The translations under genes were made by a program, and so were the position numbers. Positions 29,496-39,801 of a stretch of DNA of 64,000 nt are shown piece by piece. How positions within the stretch are numbered: the first letter of the stretch is position 1; each line of letters starts with the position of its first letter. The notes under the pieces are model-generated. The model saw only the letters and a program-made list of their open reading frames with translations. It was not told the DNA's origin and did no database searches. Origin of the DNA: Candidatus Poribacteria bacterium (lineage in GTDB: Bacteria > Poribacteria > WGA-4E > WGA-3G); NCBI GenBank assembly GCA_964291315.2, contig OZ219753.1, forward strand, positions 2,016,001 to 2,080,000, in the 5' to 3' direction.

Positions 29496-30134
29496 CTACT
29501 TCATTATCAACATTTTACGGGTTGCGTTGAAAGAACCTGCTTCAAGTGTATAGAAATAGACACCGCTCGCAACAGATTCACCCGTATCGTTACGCCCATC
29601 CCAATACACCGCACGAGACTTGCTGCGGTAGGCACCGGGTGCCTGATGCCCTAAGGAGAGCGTCCGCACTAAGCTGCCATCAGCCGCGTAAATGGACACT
29701 TTGACTTCAGCGGCATCTGCAAGGTCGTATGGGATCCAAGTCTCTGGGTTGAACGGGTTCGGATAGTTTGTGAGCAGTGCAGACTGCTTTGGGATTGCCT
29801 GCTGCTTCTCGGATAGCAAGAGCAGGCGATCTGCGAGCTCTTGCTGTCTTGCATGCACGAGAGCGGGTTCCAGTTCACCGGATTCTGTGGGTTTCGCCTC
29901 GGGCTCTGTGATAAAGTGTAAGCCCACTGTCCCGTGAGGTTTCGCCAATCTACCCGGCTCCGTGGGTTTCGCCTCGGGCTCTGTGATAAATTGCCGGTCT
30001 GTTTCTACTTGCAGCGTAGCCGAGGGGCTCTCAAGACTCGTTTTTGCATTACTTGTCGTATAGAAAACGAAGCATAAGGCGATTGCAGCACTCGATGCTC
30101 CGACGACTTTGAGAAAAGGCATCCAATATTTCAT
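29496..30134 (-). CDS. Short secreted protein consisting mostly of an FlgD-Ig/T9SS-like C-terminal domain
   Basis: ALLTNYPNPFNPETWIPY...WDGRN..GE.VASGVYFYTL...TRKMLI.K; duplicated FITEPEAKPTE. Confidence 0.8.
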   Translation of the reverse strand: MKYWMPFLKVVGASSAAIALCFVFYTTSNAKTSLESPSATLQVETDRQFITEPEAKPTEPGRLAKPHGTVGLHFITEPEAKPTESGELEPALVHARQQELADRLLLLSEKQQAIPKQSALLTNYPNPFNPETWIPYDLADAAEVKVSIYAADGSLVRTLSLGHQAPGAYRSKSRAVYWDGRNDTGESVASGVYFYTLEAGSFNATRKMLIMK

Positions 30135-30222
30135 GCTAAACTCCTTTGATACGACTGTGATGTTGATTAGACATCTCTTTCAAAAATCTTATTTTAATTC
30201 TAAAACTACTTAACCATGTGAC

Positions 30223-30251
30223 ATTATACCCTAATTTTAATTCTGTGTCAA
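30223..30251 (-). promoter_or_regulatory. sigma70 promoter of the CTD-FGE gene pair
   Basis: Perfect TTGACA-N17-TATAAT on the minus strand. Confidence 0.75.
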
Positions 30252-30447
30252 CTTATTTCCAAAAAAAAACGCAAAAAATTGAGATTGCGCTCATGCGTCA
30301 CTAAAGTAGACCTTATAACGATATAATCAACGTAAGTTAGTTTAATAGGTTTTGATCGACACTGAACAACGCATCAGCGAACCTCGATGAAGGCATTCGA
30401 CCAATTTGAGTTTGACATCTGCCGGGGTTTGTGATAAATTTCTGATT

Positions 30448-31596
30448 ATGAAAATTGTTGTTGCTCCTGATTCATTTAAAGGGAGCGTCAGTGCTCTTGA
30501 AGCCGCACATGCGATTGAGCAGGGGATCCGGCGCGTGTTTCCCGATGCCGTTATCGACAAAATCCCAATGGCAGACGGGGGCGAGGGAACTGTGCAATCG
30601 CTCGTTGATGCCACTGGCGGCCACCTGCGAACGCAGCACGTGGTCGGCCCTCTCGGAAACCAAGTCGAAGCAACATTTGGCATTCTTGCAGATGAGGAGA
30701 CAGCTGTTATTGAGATGGCATCTGCATCAGGACTCACGCTTGTTCCCCCAGACAATCGAAACCCGCTTCTCACTACGACTTATGGGACCGGGCAGCTTAT
30801 CCGCGCTGCGCTGGAAGTAGGGTGCAGACGTTTAATTATCGGTATCGGCGGCAGTGCCACGAACGACGGCGGGGTCGGGATGGCGGAGGCCCTCGGGGTG
30901 CGATCACTCAGAGCAGATGGAAAACAGATTCCGCGCGGCGGCGGAAACCTCCAGCAATTGCGGTCCATAGATATAACAAAGCTACACCCTGCGATTGCCG
31001 AAACCGAAACAGTTGTCGCCTGCGATGTCAACAATCCACTGACGGGCACAAACGGTGCCTCACACGTCTATGGACCACAAAAAGGGGCTACCCCTGAGAT
31101 GATTGAAACCTTAGATAGATGTCTCGCACATCTCAACGCAGTTTTAACCCAGACGCTCGGAAAATCCTTCAATGCCATCCCCGGCGCAGGAGCAGCTGGC
31201 GGATTAGGAGCCGGGCTTATGGCGTTTCTTAACGCAGAATTAAAGCTCGGCGTTGATATTATGATTGATGCCGTTAACCTCAAAAAACGGGTACAAGGGG
31301 CCTCCCTCATCTTTACCGGCGAGGGACAATTAGACTTTCAAACCGCGTTCGGTAAGACACCAATTGGCGTTGCCAAGATTGCAAAGGCACACGGGATCCC
31401 CGTCATAGCTATCGCTGGCAGCATCGCTGAAGGAGCTGAGGCAGTCTACGAGGCCGGTATTGATGCAATGTTGGGCATCCCCCAAGAACCGATGTCGCTT
31501 GAAGATGCTGTTAAAGCAGCAACACGGTTGATAGCAAACACAGCAGAACAGGCAGCGCGATTAGTTGCTATCGGGAATAGTGGATTGAAGGGCTAA
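30448..31596 (+). CDS. glxK: Glycerate kinase (GlxK/GarK type)
   Basis: APDSFKGS, PMADGGEGT, GGSATNDGG, GAGAAGG, TGEG..D.QT. Confidence 0.92.
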   Translation: MKIVVAPDSFKGSVSALEAAHAIEQGIRRVFPDAVIDKIPMADGGEGTVQSLVDATGGHLRTQHVVGPLGNQVEATFGILADEETAVIEMASASGLTLVPPDNRNPLLTTTYGTGQLIRAALEVGCRRLIIGIGGSATNDGGVGMAEALGVRSLRADGKQIPRGGGNLQQLRSIDITKLHPAIAETETVVACDVNNPLTGTNGASHVYGPQKGATPEMIETLDRCLAHLNAVLTQTLGKSFNAIPGAGAAGGLGAGLMAFLNAELKLGVDIMIDAVNLKKRVQGASLIFTGEGQLDFQTAFGKTPIGVAKIAKAHGIPVIAIAGSIAEGAEAVYEAGIDAMLGIPQEPMSLEDAVKAATRLIANTAEQAARLVAIGNSGLKG

Positions 31597-31618
31597 TGTT
31601 CGAACCCCGCTGAAGATC

Positions 31619-31660
31619 GGAAAGACGGAAGAAGTCTGTTTCCAACCTTCCATCTTTCCA
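31619..31660. terminator. Hairpin between convergent genes
   Basis: GGAAAGACGGAAG...CTTCCATCTTTCC. Confidence 0.5.
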
Positions 31661-31676
31661 CTTTGCTACCTAATGC

Positions 31677-33026
31677 CTAATGTCCATTTGACAACGGCAG
31701 CACTGGTTTGTCCTTCAGAAAATCGTCTGTCTCTATTTGCCACACCTTCATATCTGCAGCGAGGGATCGGATGCAGTCAGCATGTTCAGGCAGATCGGCG
31801 AGGTTGGTCGTCTCCCACGGATCTTGCTCTAGATCAAAGAGCTGGAGGCACTCTGTGCCAGCTCCGGTCTCTTCAGAAACATAATAACGAATCAATTTCC
31901 AACGTTTGTCCTTGACCGTGCGCTGAATGTCTTTATACGCCGCGAAAACTGTGGTTCTCACCTGCTCTACGTCCCCTTTCATGAGCGGTACTAAACTGCA
32001 ACCCTCAGTTGTGTCCGGACATGCAACATCCGTCAGGTCACAAAGGGTCGGGAATAGATCATACAGATAGGTTAAAGCATCCACTGTTGTACCTTCGGGG
32101 ACTCCGGGTCCAGCGAATATTGACGGAACGCGAATACTGTGGTCATAGAGATTCTGTTTGCCCAACAGACCGTGTTGCCCGACTGCAAGCCCGTGGTCGG
32201 CAGTGTAGACCACTATCGTGTTTTGGAGATGTCCAGCGGATCCTAATGCTTGTAGCACACGCCCCATTTCAGCGTCCATGTGTGTAATCATCCCGTAATA
32301 GTCAGCAATGTGTTGCTGCACGACTTCAGGAGCGCGCGGGAAAGGCGCTAGCACTTCGTCTCGAATACGCATCTCACCGTTATCAAACGGGTGCTCTGGG
32401 TGAAAGTTTTCAGGAACCGGTATATCCTCTGGCGAATACATCGTCGCGTATTTCCCAGGGGCTGTCCGTGGATCATGTGGCGAAGTAAAGGAGAGGTAAA
32501 GGAAGAAGGGAGCCGGGGCATCGTAGTTTTCTATAAATTGCACGGCGGAATCTGTAAAAAGTTCCGTAGAAAACTTCTCCCCAATGTACTTGGCATCGAT
32601 CGGGTATTTTCCCGTTGGATCGAAATCGAAAACCGGAATCTTATATTGATCGCCCATTCCGCCAAAAAAAATCTTGGCACCCTCATCGAAACTGTTAGTA
32701 AACGTCTGTCGATCGTTGTGCCATTTGCCGGTGAAAAATGTGTGGTAACCTGTCTCGCGCATGACCTGGGGCCACACAGCGAGCTCCGGGTTAATTTGAT
32801 TTCCACCGCTTCGAAACAGATTCGCGCCGGTGAGAACAGCAGCGCGACTCGGCACACACACCGCCCCAACAAGAGAGCCCATGATGTGTGTCTGCCGGAA
32901 AGTGGTGCCGCGCGCCATGAGTGAATCGAGGGTTGGCGTTTTGACGGTTGGATCGCCCATACCTTCGATCGCATCCCACCGGTGGTCATCGGCAATCATG
33001 AAGACGATATTAGGTCGTGTGGACAT
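31677..33026 (-). CDS. Formylglycine-dependent sulfatase (choline-sulfatase-like)
   Basis: RPNIVFMIADD, CVPSRAAVLTG, GKWH, DHG..GQHG..GK. Confidence 0.92.
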   Translation of the reverse strand: MSTRPNIVFMIADDHRWDAIEGMGDPTVKTPTLDSLMARGTTFRQTHIMGSLVGAVCVPSRAAVLTGANLFRSGGNQINPELAVWPQVMRETGYHTFFTGKWHNDRQTFTNSFDEGAKIFFGGMGDQYKIPVFDFDPTGKYPIDAKYIGEKFSTELFTDSAVQFIENYDAPAPFFLYLSFTSPHDPRTAPGKYATMYSPEDIPVPENFHPEHPFDNGEMRIRDEVLAPFPRAPEVVQQHIADYYGMITHMDAEMGRVLQALGSAGHLQNTIVVYTADHGLAVGQHGLLGKQNLYDHSIRVPSIFAGPGVPEGTTVDALTYLYDLFPTLCDLTDVACPDTTEGCSLVPLMKGDVEQVRTTVFAAYKDIQRTVKDKRWKLIRYYVSEETGAGTECLQLFDLEQDPWETTNLADLPEHADCIRSLAADMKVWQIETDDFLKDKPVLPLSNGH

Positions 33027-33151
33027 ATTTTTTTCTCCTACAACTCAGCTATCGGCCGTCAGGAGGCGCTTGTAGATGTTGGATACCACTTTCGCCTCCG
33101 TGAACCTCTGGCTTGCCGCTGATAGTTCATGGCTATCTAAAGGAAAAATCA

Positions 33152-34297
33152 ATGAAAATTACTACAATTGAACAATTCTACCCCCGCCGCCGGACCCGCC
33201 TTGTGAAAATCACAACGGATACCGGTATCGTTGGATGGGGTGAAACCACGCTTGAAGGTAAACCCAAAAGTACTTGGGCAGCTGTTGAAGAACTCGCTAG
33301 CTATTTTATCGGCAAAGATCCGTTGCGCATCGAGCACCATTGGCAGCACGTCTATCGTTCTGCCTTCTTTCGAGGTGGTAATATTCTGATGTCCGCGTTA
33401 TCCGGTATAGATCAAGCATTATGGGACATCGCCGGTAAATACTACGATGTACCAACCTATCAACTATTAGGCGGCGCTGTGCGTGACCGCATCCGCGTTT
33501 ATGCACATTGGGGCATCAGCAGTTTAACAGACGAAGGAAAAGCTGCTGCGAAAGAACGCCTTGAATTTTTAAAACGAAAAGGAGGATACACTGCGTTTAA
33601 GACCGGCCCCAGCGGTAAATGGCGTGGACACGAATCCCCAGCGGTTATCGATGAGTTTGTAGCACGCGCCTATCTCATGCGTGAGTGGGTGGGCCCCGAC
33701 GTAGAACTTGCGTTCGATTTTCACGGTAAGATGACCCCCGCACTCGCCATCGAAATCTGCCATGAACTTAAGGGGATGCGTCCAATGTTCGTTGAAGAAC
33801 CAATCCCACAAGAGAATGTGGATGCCCTCAAACTGGTTTCTGACCAAGTGCCGTTCCCGATAGCCACCGGCGAACGACTGCTGACGCGTTGGGGATTTCG
33901 CGAAGTGTTCGAGAAACAAGCCGTCGCTTACCTACAACCCGATACCTCCCACGCCGGTGGAATCACTGAAATGAAAAAAATTGCAAACATGGCGGAGGTT
34001 TACTACATGCACATCGCACCCCACTGCGCTATTGGACCCGTTGCCTTTTCTGCCTCACTTCACGTTGATGCAGTTGTACCGAATTTCCTGATCCAAGAAC
34101 AGATTGATGCTGGACTAGGCGACGGCCTCTTCACTAAGGAATGGCACGTCACAAACGGCCACATTGCGTTACCGACAAAACCCGGACTCGGCTTTGAAAT
34201 TGATACGAAAGCCGCGGAAAAAACGCTCAATACCTATCCTGAAGAACTCGGCGGCGAGTATTATCACGATACCGATGGCAGTGTTGCAGATTGGTAA
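33152..34297 (+). CDS. dgoD: Galactonate dehydratase-like enolase-superfamily protein
   Basis: GWGE, ALSGIDQALWDI.GK, DFHG, EEP, ATGERL, QPD..H.GGITE, APH. Confidence 0.8.
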   Translation: MKITTIEQFYPRRRTRLVKITTDTGIVGWGETTLEGKPKSTWAAVEELASYFIGKDPLRIEHHWQHVYRSAFFRGGNILMSALSGIDQALWDIAGKYYDVPTYQLLGGAVRDRIRVYAHWGISSLTDEGKAAAKERLEFLKRKGGYTAFKTGPSGKWRGHESPAVIDEFVARAYLMREWVGPDVELAFDFHGKMTPALAIEICHELKGMRPMFVEEPIPQENVDALKLVSDQVPFPIATGERLLTRWGFREVFEKQAVAYLQPDTSHAGGITEMKKIANMAEVYYMHIAPHCAIGPVAFSASLHVDAVVPNFLIQEQIDAGLGDGLFTKEWHVTNGHIALPTKPGLGFEIDTKAAEKTLNTYPEELGGEYYHDTDGSVADW

Positions 34298-34432
34298 ATT
34301 AATTTTTCAGGACACCGCTTAGTTTCGATCATGTATCGCCTTCGCTACCTCTATGGAAATATTTTTTTCAGTAAAGTGGACATTGCAAAATTCTATTATT
34401 TTTTCAAACCGGATGGACACTTAGAGATGCAT

Positions 34433-35182
34433 CTAAACCACCAGTTTCCGGTTCGAGACGTAAGGCGGCTCCAACATCAACTTCTGATCCTCGGCTGACA
34501 TCAGATTGCGAAGCTCGTCATCGTACCTGCCTTGCCCCCAAGAAGAATGCCCAGGCGAGTACTTGAACAAAAGCGAACGACGTTGATGAGCAGCTGTCCA
34601 CGGGAGCGTGCCATGCGTCAACGCCTCCGTGAAAATAACCGCATCCCCCGCCTTCTGATGCACCGGAACCATGCAAGTGTTGTTATCTTTCACCGGTCGA
34701 AACCGCGACGGACAACGATAGTTACTCTTGTGGCTGCCCGGAATACAGCAGAAACCACCATGCCCCGGAAGCATATCTGTCAACGCCCATGATACAACCG
34801 TTAAACCGTTATACATCCGATCGTTTCGAAAAACATAGTACTGAGCCGGATCGTAAGGCGTACCACCACCGTGAAGCGTTCCCCCCGGGTTTCCGTTTAT
34901 CATCAGAATACCGTAGACATGATCGAGACGGAATTTCGAACCGACGATCTCTCCTAAAAACGGCATGATACGCGGATGATTAAGAAGCTTTCGGAACGCA
35001 TCGTCCTCCCAACTCAAGAAGCCACCAAACCGCTGTGAATGAACATCAGCAGCAACAGGATCCGGATAATTTTGCGCGTCAATGAGAGCATTCAGTTCAG
35101 CCAGCACGTCTGCTTCTAAGACACCTTCGACGTTGATATACCCCCAAAGATCAAATAAATATTTTTCTTCAGAGTTCACCAA
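34433..35182 (-). CDS. Phytanoyl-CoA dioxygenase (PhyH) family
   Basis: LHGG, GGF..IPGSHK, FTEALTHG, RR.LL.KY. Confidence 0.85.
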   Translation of the reverse strand: MVNSEEKYLFDLWGYINVEGVLEADVLAELNALIDAQNYPDPVAADVHSQRFGGFLSWEDDAFRKLLNHPRIMPFLGEIVGSKFRLDHVYGILMINGNPGGTLHGGGTPYDPAQYYVFRNDRMYNGLTVVSWALTDMLPGHGGFCCIPGSHKSNYRCPSRFRPVKDNNTCMVPVHQKAGDAVIFTEALTHGTLPWTAAHQRRSLLFKYSPGHSSWGQGRYDDELRNLMSAEDQKLMLEPPYVSNRKLVV

Positions 35183-35212
35183 ATCACCTCCGTTTGGGAT
35201 ACTAGAGTCCTC

Positions 35213-35536
35213 TTATTGATGTGCCGAGCGCGAGGTCGGTTCGAGCCGCGTGACCACGATCTTTGATCTATCTATCAACTCACCAACACGCGGCGAAATT
35301 TCATTCAACCAGCGCTCATCTTCATAGACAGCTGCATAGAGACGCTCACGCTGAGCCTCACTCTCAAAACGACGGATCCAGACGTAAAGGTCGCCCTCTT
35401 CTTCACCGACGAAACTGCCAATCACAACCATCCCTTTAGAAATTTGGAACGGAAGGACAACCTCTTCCATGTATTTTACCCAATTCTCGCGTTGACCGGG
35501 TTGCGTTCTGTACTGCCGTAGTTCAAAAAAAGCCAT
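35213..35536 (-). CDS. NIPSNAP family protein
   Basis: FELRQY...PG, YVWIRRF, L.PT..S. Confidence 0.85.
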   Translation of the reverse strand: MAFFELRQYRTQPGQRENWVKYMEEVVLPFQISKGMVVIGSFVGEEEGDLYVWIRRFESEAQRERLYAAVYEDERWLNEISPRVGELIDRSKIVVTRLEPTSRSAHQ

Positions 35537-35554
35537 GAAAATCTCCTTTTTATC

Positions 35555-38500
35555 TTATGTACGATCGTAGCCGTAGCCTTTGCCCGTGATTTCAAAAAGT
35601 GCGATTGCCGCATGGAAGTGGATATCTGCATCTTGATCTTCAAGAACTAGCTCCAAGAGTGGAACTGCCTTAGCATCTTTAGCGTCCATGAGGGCTCTAA
35701 TCACATCAAGCCGGAAACCTCTTGTGATTTGAGCTTCGTGCAGCACCCTGAGTTTCGCCACCAAAGCATCCACAGCCTTATCCGTCCCAATTTTGCCCAA
35801 CGCCCTTGACGCATCGCGTCGGATTTCGATGTGGTTTTCATCGTTGTTCATCACTGCAATGAGCGCATCGGTGGTTGTTGCGTCTGCAAGCTCACCGAGC
35901 CCTTGTGTTGCAGCGCGGCGGACATCCTTTACGGTTTCAGTTTCCCCCTTCATTATCTGAAGGAGTTCTGGCAGAAGCTCCCGAATTCCGGCTTGCCCGA
36001 CAGCCAGCCCCGCGGCCTTTCGGATATCGACATTCGAATCTGTCAAACGTCGCTTGAATAGTGAGATATCTAGGTCAGCACCGTTCGCGCTGCTTCTCCC
36101 TAAAGCGATCATCGCTGCGTTTCTGACATGATGATTTTCCCACTCATCCGTGGTACGAGCAGCCATTTTAGGGGCAACAAACGTCGGTAAGTCGAGCTTT
36201 TTAGCAGCGTTGACGAAAACCTCCCAGCTCCAATTGCGTTTTAGGTCGTCTGCACCCACGGCTTGCCGATTCGCCGCGTCCTCAAGTGCGACAATGTATT
36301 CGGTATCGTCAATGAGCCGTCTACCGATCGCTTCAACCGCACGTGACCCACCGATTTGCCCAAGCGCTGTCGCAGCTTTGGTCCGAGCCGAGGCTTTCGC
36401 TAACGCATCCGTGCTGGCATCCAACCTTACCCGTTTGTCTTCAAAGATAGCGATGAGCCTGGGAACAGCCGTTTCGCTTTCGAGCCTGCCCAGAGCGACA
36501 ATAGCGTTTTTCGCTATATCTCCTACGCGAACGTCCAACGCGCGAATCAGGACGGTTTCGGCCGTTTTATCCCCAATATTACCGAGGGCGATTGCAGCAG
36601 CAGCACGAATCGCATCTGGTTCTAAGCGGTTTTCAAGGATTTCACTGAGCTTCACGACCGATTTTGCATTCTTGAGGTGCCCTAACGCTGCCACGGATGC
36701 TAATCGGACTTCGAGGTTTGGATCGGTGAGGGCAGTCAGCAGTGCTGTCGCAGCGCGCTCATCTCTAAGCGCACCCAGCGAAGCAGCAGCACCAGCACGT
36801 ATAGATTTCATTTCATCGACATTTTCAAGAACCGCTATTAATGGATCAACGGCGCGGCGTTCTTTGAAACCGCCCAACGAGTTTGTCGCCCGTTTGCGAA
36901 TAACGTAGCTCGGGTGCTTCAATTCCGCCAGCATCGTGTCCACAGCAGATTTCTTAGGTATTGAACCGAGGATATGTACGCATCTCCATTGTGTCCACTC
37001 GTCATCGACGGATCTAAGCGCTTCCACTATGAATTGAGAGGTTGCTTCGTTTCCATCTTTAATTAATGCACCGATGACTTCGTTCTGCACGGCTTGAACC
37101 TCGTGTCCATCCTCAAAATTGCCTAAACCCTTCTTGAGAATATCCACGAGCCCTTTGTCACCCGCTTGGATTTCTCGAAGCGCCTTTGCGGCTTCAAGAC
37201 GTGTGGTTTCATACTCATCATTTTTCAGGGCATCCAAGAGCGGGTTGACAACTTTTTGCCCTTTGATTTTCCCCAACGCGATCGCCGCTTCTTGCCGTAC
37301 AACACCCTGTTTGTCCTTCTCCAGCGCGGTAACAAGCGGATCGATTGTCGCTTCCCCTTTGACCTCACCGAGCGCCCACGCTGCACTCTGGCGTACCGTC
37401 GCCCGCCCGTCGTCCTCAAGCGCCCGCACTAACGGTTCTATGACAACCGCTCCTTTGATGATGCCGAGGGCACGCGCAACTTCACTCCGCACAAGACTTG
37501 GAATCGGTTTAAGCTCCCCCCAAGTGCGGTAGCTTGCCCGCGGATAGTCCGCAGTCCACTGAATCTGGAAAGAATCCACCTCTGTTTGAAGCGCATCAAG
37601 CGTCTTGTACTCGCGTTTCATGTGCCGCTGGAAGTCTGATATTTCATCAAAACGTGTAGAGAGAGTCCACATCAAGACAGGGATAGTTTCGGAGGCCTTT
37701 ATACGACTCAAAACCTTGACAGCATTGGCCCGAAGAATAGGACTGGTTTCGTCGCTGAACATGAGGAGAGTCATAGGCTGCACCGCTTTTTCCGGCTTGA
37801 GCCGCCAGAGCGCCGTAAGAGCCGCCATACGCAAGGTTTCACGCATCTGTTTATCCATAGCGATGATGATCAACTTCTCAACAGCATCTTCTGTGGCAAT
37901 ACTAATTTGCCCGAGAGCCACTGCTGCATTCGTAGCGGTCGTATCGTCATATGAGAGCGCGTTGATGAGCGCCGTGACAACACTCATGTTTTCGCCGCGC
38001 GCCCGCATGTTGCCGAGTCCGGTTGCTGCAAACGCCTTCACCTCTTTGTGCGGGTCTGTGTTTAATGCATCCACAAGAGCAACTATTGCACGCCGATCAC
38101 CGATTTGCCCAAGTGTATTTGCAACCTGCACCCGGATTCCGTCCGAGGCAGTTTTAAGAGCGTCAATCAGCGCGGGAACGGCGGCACCCCGCATCTCCAC
38201 AAGCGCCCCTAACGCCTCTCCCTTTAACTCCTCATCCGCTAACGTTTCTATGAGAGGTCGGATACCAGCCTCCGCTTTGAGGAGTCCAAGCGTCTTGATT
38301 GCAGCGGATTGTGTGCTCAGCCGGTATTTTTTCGTCCACAAATCGTCAATATAAGCGCTCGCGATGTATCGATATTCTGTTGTGAAACCGGTATCTTCGT
38401 CCGGAATGAGATTCCGTGCTTTTGTGTGAAGTATCTCAAGAAGCGGCGCAACAGCAGGTTCGCCTATGCGGTTGAGGGCATCTACAGCTGTACTTTTAAC

Positions 38501-39412
38501 ATAGGTGTTCGGATCAGACAGTAGTCTGATAAGATCAGGGATAGCGATGTCCGCTTGAATAGCCCCGATAAGTTTTGCAGCGTGCATCCTGACCTGCGCA
38601 CTGTTATGCTTCAAGCCAAGCCGCAGGCCCGTCACAATGGCGCTACCATCGGAAAGTACCCTGCGCAATTGTTCAAGCGCAACAATTGCCCTATATGCAA
38701 CCTCTGGCGCACTATCACTTTCGGCAAGAGCCTCCTCAAACAAAGGAATGAACTCAGACTTACGCATAGCACCGAGATAACGGATTGCCTCTTTTTGTAT
38801 GGCTGGATCTGAATGCCGTATCGCCTGTTGAAGTAATTCAGCAACGCGTTCGCCATCTCCAAGCTTTGTCATCAGCTGTCTAACCGCTGCACGCGCCTTC
38901 GGTTGATAACATTTCTCCGCAGCTAAGAGCGCTATGACAACCCCCGTATCTGCACGCACGATCAGCTCAGGTAGCAGCTCTGCACGCTTTTCAACCGCCC
39001 CAGCAAGGCACAAGGCAAACAGTGCCGAGATAGAATGCCGGGAGCGCACAAGCCTCTCTTGCTGGTCAAGCTCGTCAGAATCCGGATCTTCCTGCAATGA
39101 AATAGCGCGGATATCGGTGTCCAATGTCTCAAGATACGCATTTGAAGCTGTGATGACTTGATGCCAACTGTTGACATCAGTACGTGCCCGGTTTTGCAAG
39201 AAAGCGCGTAAGTGCTGAACCTCCCGGTTTCCCGATTCGGTTCTCTGAACGGCTGCTTCTGCAGCGGTATAATCCTCGCGAACAATGGCGGCCCGCGCTG
39301 CAAGAATGTCTCTATCCTCTTTCTCACCGCACCCCGTCAGAAACACAGTCGCAGCAATGCAGATAAAAATAAGATGAGTCTGCCACAGCAGGTGTTCAAA
39401 GGGACGTTTCAT
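35555..39412 (-). CDS. Large HEAT/PBS-lyase repeat lipoprotein
   Basis: FLTGC lipobox after ATG 39412 (GAGGAG RBS); many VR..AA.ALG.I repeats. Confidence 0.85.
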   Translation of the reverse strand: MKRPFEHLLWQTHLIFICIAATVFLTGCGEKEDRDILAARAAIVREDYTAAEAAVQRTESGNREVQHLRAFLQNRARTDVNSWHQVITASNAYLETLDTDIRAISLQEDPDSDELDQQERLVRSRHSISALFALCLAGAVEKRAELLPELIVRADTGVVIALLAAEKCYQPKARAAVRQLMTKLGDGERVAELLQQAIRHSDPAIQKEAIRYLGAMRKSEFIPLFEEALAESDSAPEVAYRAIVALEQLRRVLSDGSAIVTGLRLGLKHNSAQVRMHAAKLIGAIQADIAIPDLIRLLSDPNTYVKSTAVDALNRIGEPAVAPLLEILHTKARNLIPDEDTGFTTEYRYIASAYIDDLWTKKYRLSTQSAAIKTLGLLKAEAGIRPLIETLADEELKGEALGALVEMRGAAVPALIDALKTASDGIRVQVANTLGQIGDRRAIVALVDALNTDPHKEVKAFAATGLGNMRARGENMSVVTALINALSYDDTTATNAAVALGQISIATEDAVEKLIIIAMDKQMRETLRMAALTALWRLKPEKAVQPMTLLMFSDETSPILRANAVKVLSRIKASETIPVLMWTLSTRFDEISDFQRHMKREYKTLDALQTEVDSFQIQWTADYPRASYRTWGELKPIPSLVRSEVARALGIIKGAVVIEPLVRALEDDGRATVRQSAAWALGEVKGEATIDPLVTALEKDKQGVVRQEAAIALGKIKGQKVVNPLLDALKNDEYETTRLEAAKALREIQAGDKGLVDILKKGLGNFEDGHEVQAVQNEVIGALIKDGNEATSQFIVEALRSVDDEWTQWRCVHILGSIPKKSAVDTMLAELKHPSYVIRKRATNSLGGFKERRAVDPLIAVLENVDEMKSIRAGAAASLGALRDERAATALLTALTDPNLEVRLASVAALGHLKNAKSVVKLSEILENRLEPDAIRAAAAIALGNIGDKTAETVLIRALDVRVGDIAKNAIVALGRLESETAVPRLIAIFEDKRVRLDASTDALAKASARTKAATALGQIGGSRAVEAIGRRLIDDTEYIVALEDAANRQAVGADDLKRNWSWEVFVNAAKKLDLPTFVAPKMAARTTDEWENHHVRNAAMIALGRSSANGADLDISLFKRRLTDSNVDIRKAAGLAVGQAGIRELLPELLQIMKGETETVKDVRRAATQGLGELADATTTDALIAVMNNDENHIEIRRDASRALGKIGTDKAVDALVAKLRVLHEAQITRGFRLDVIRALMDAKDAKAVPLLELVLEDQDADIHFHAAIALFEITGKGYGYDRT

Positions 39413-39718
39413 GTTTTCTCCTCTCTTTTTTCTTTGGATAAGGGAATGTCGGTCGCTCCGTATCAACCAAACGATTTAAGTGAATAGTGTCATTTATTTT
39501 AACCTGATCGCCATGAAATGTCAACCTATTTTTTTTCTCTAATCCGAGCTTTATAGTTAACTTCTCTTTGATTAGAAAGACGAAGTGGGCAAGGACGGAT
39601 TCCGGGGCACTTCGTTTTGAGGCGGCAGCGATCAAGTGTCGGCAGAATCAGACAGGAGGTGCGGTATTCTGTGCTTACGGAGGGGAAAAGAGACCAGGAA
39701 GAGAATGCGGTTAAGAAC

Positions 39719-39750
39719 GTTGGGGGTGAAACAGGCATTCCACCCCCAAC
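39719..39750 (-). terminator. Terminator-like hairpin after the lamin-tail gene
   Basis: GTTGGGGGTG...CACCCCCAAC 10-bp stem. Confidence 0.65.
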
Positions 39751-39801
39751 TTTGGTTAGTCGGATTCAGAGTTGTCTATCTCTGTCTAACCTTCTTGTCT
39801 G

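Noticed and set aside
36150-38354. Long plus-strand ORFs (252, 137 and 249 aa)
   Set aside because: Antisense shadows of the Ala/Leu-rich HEAT-repeat gene
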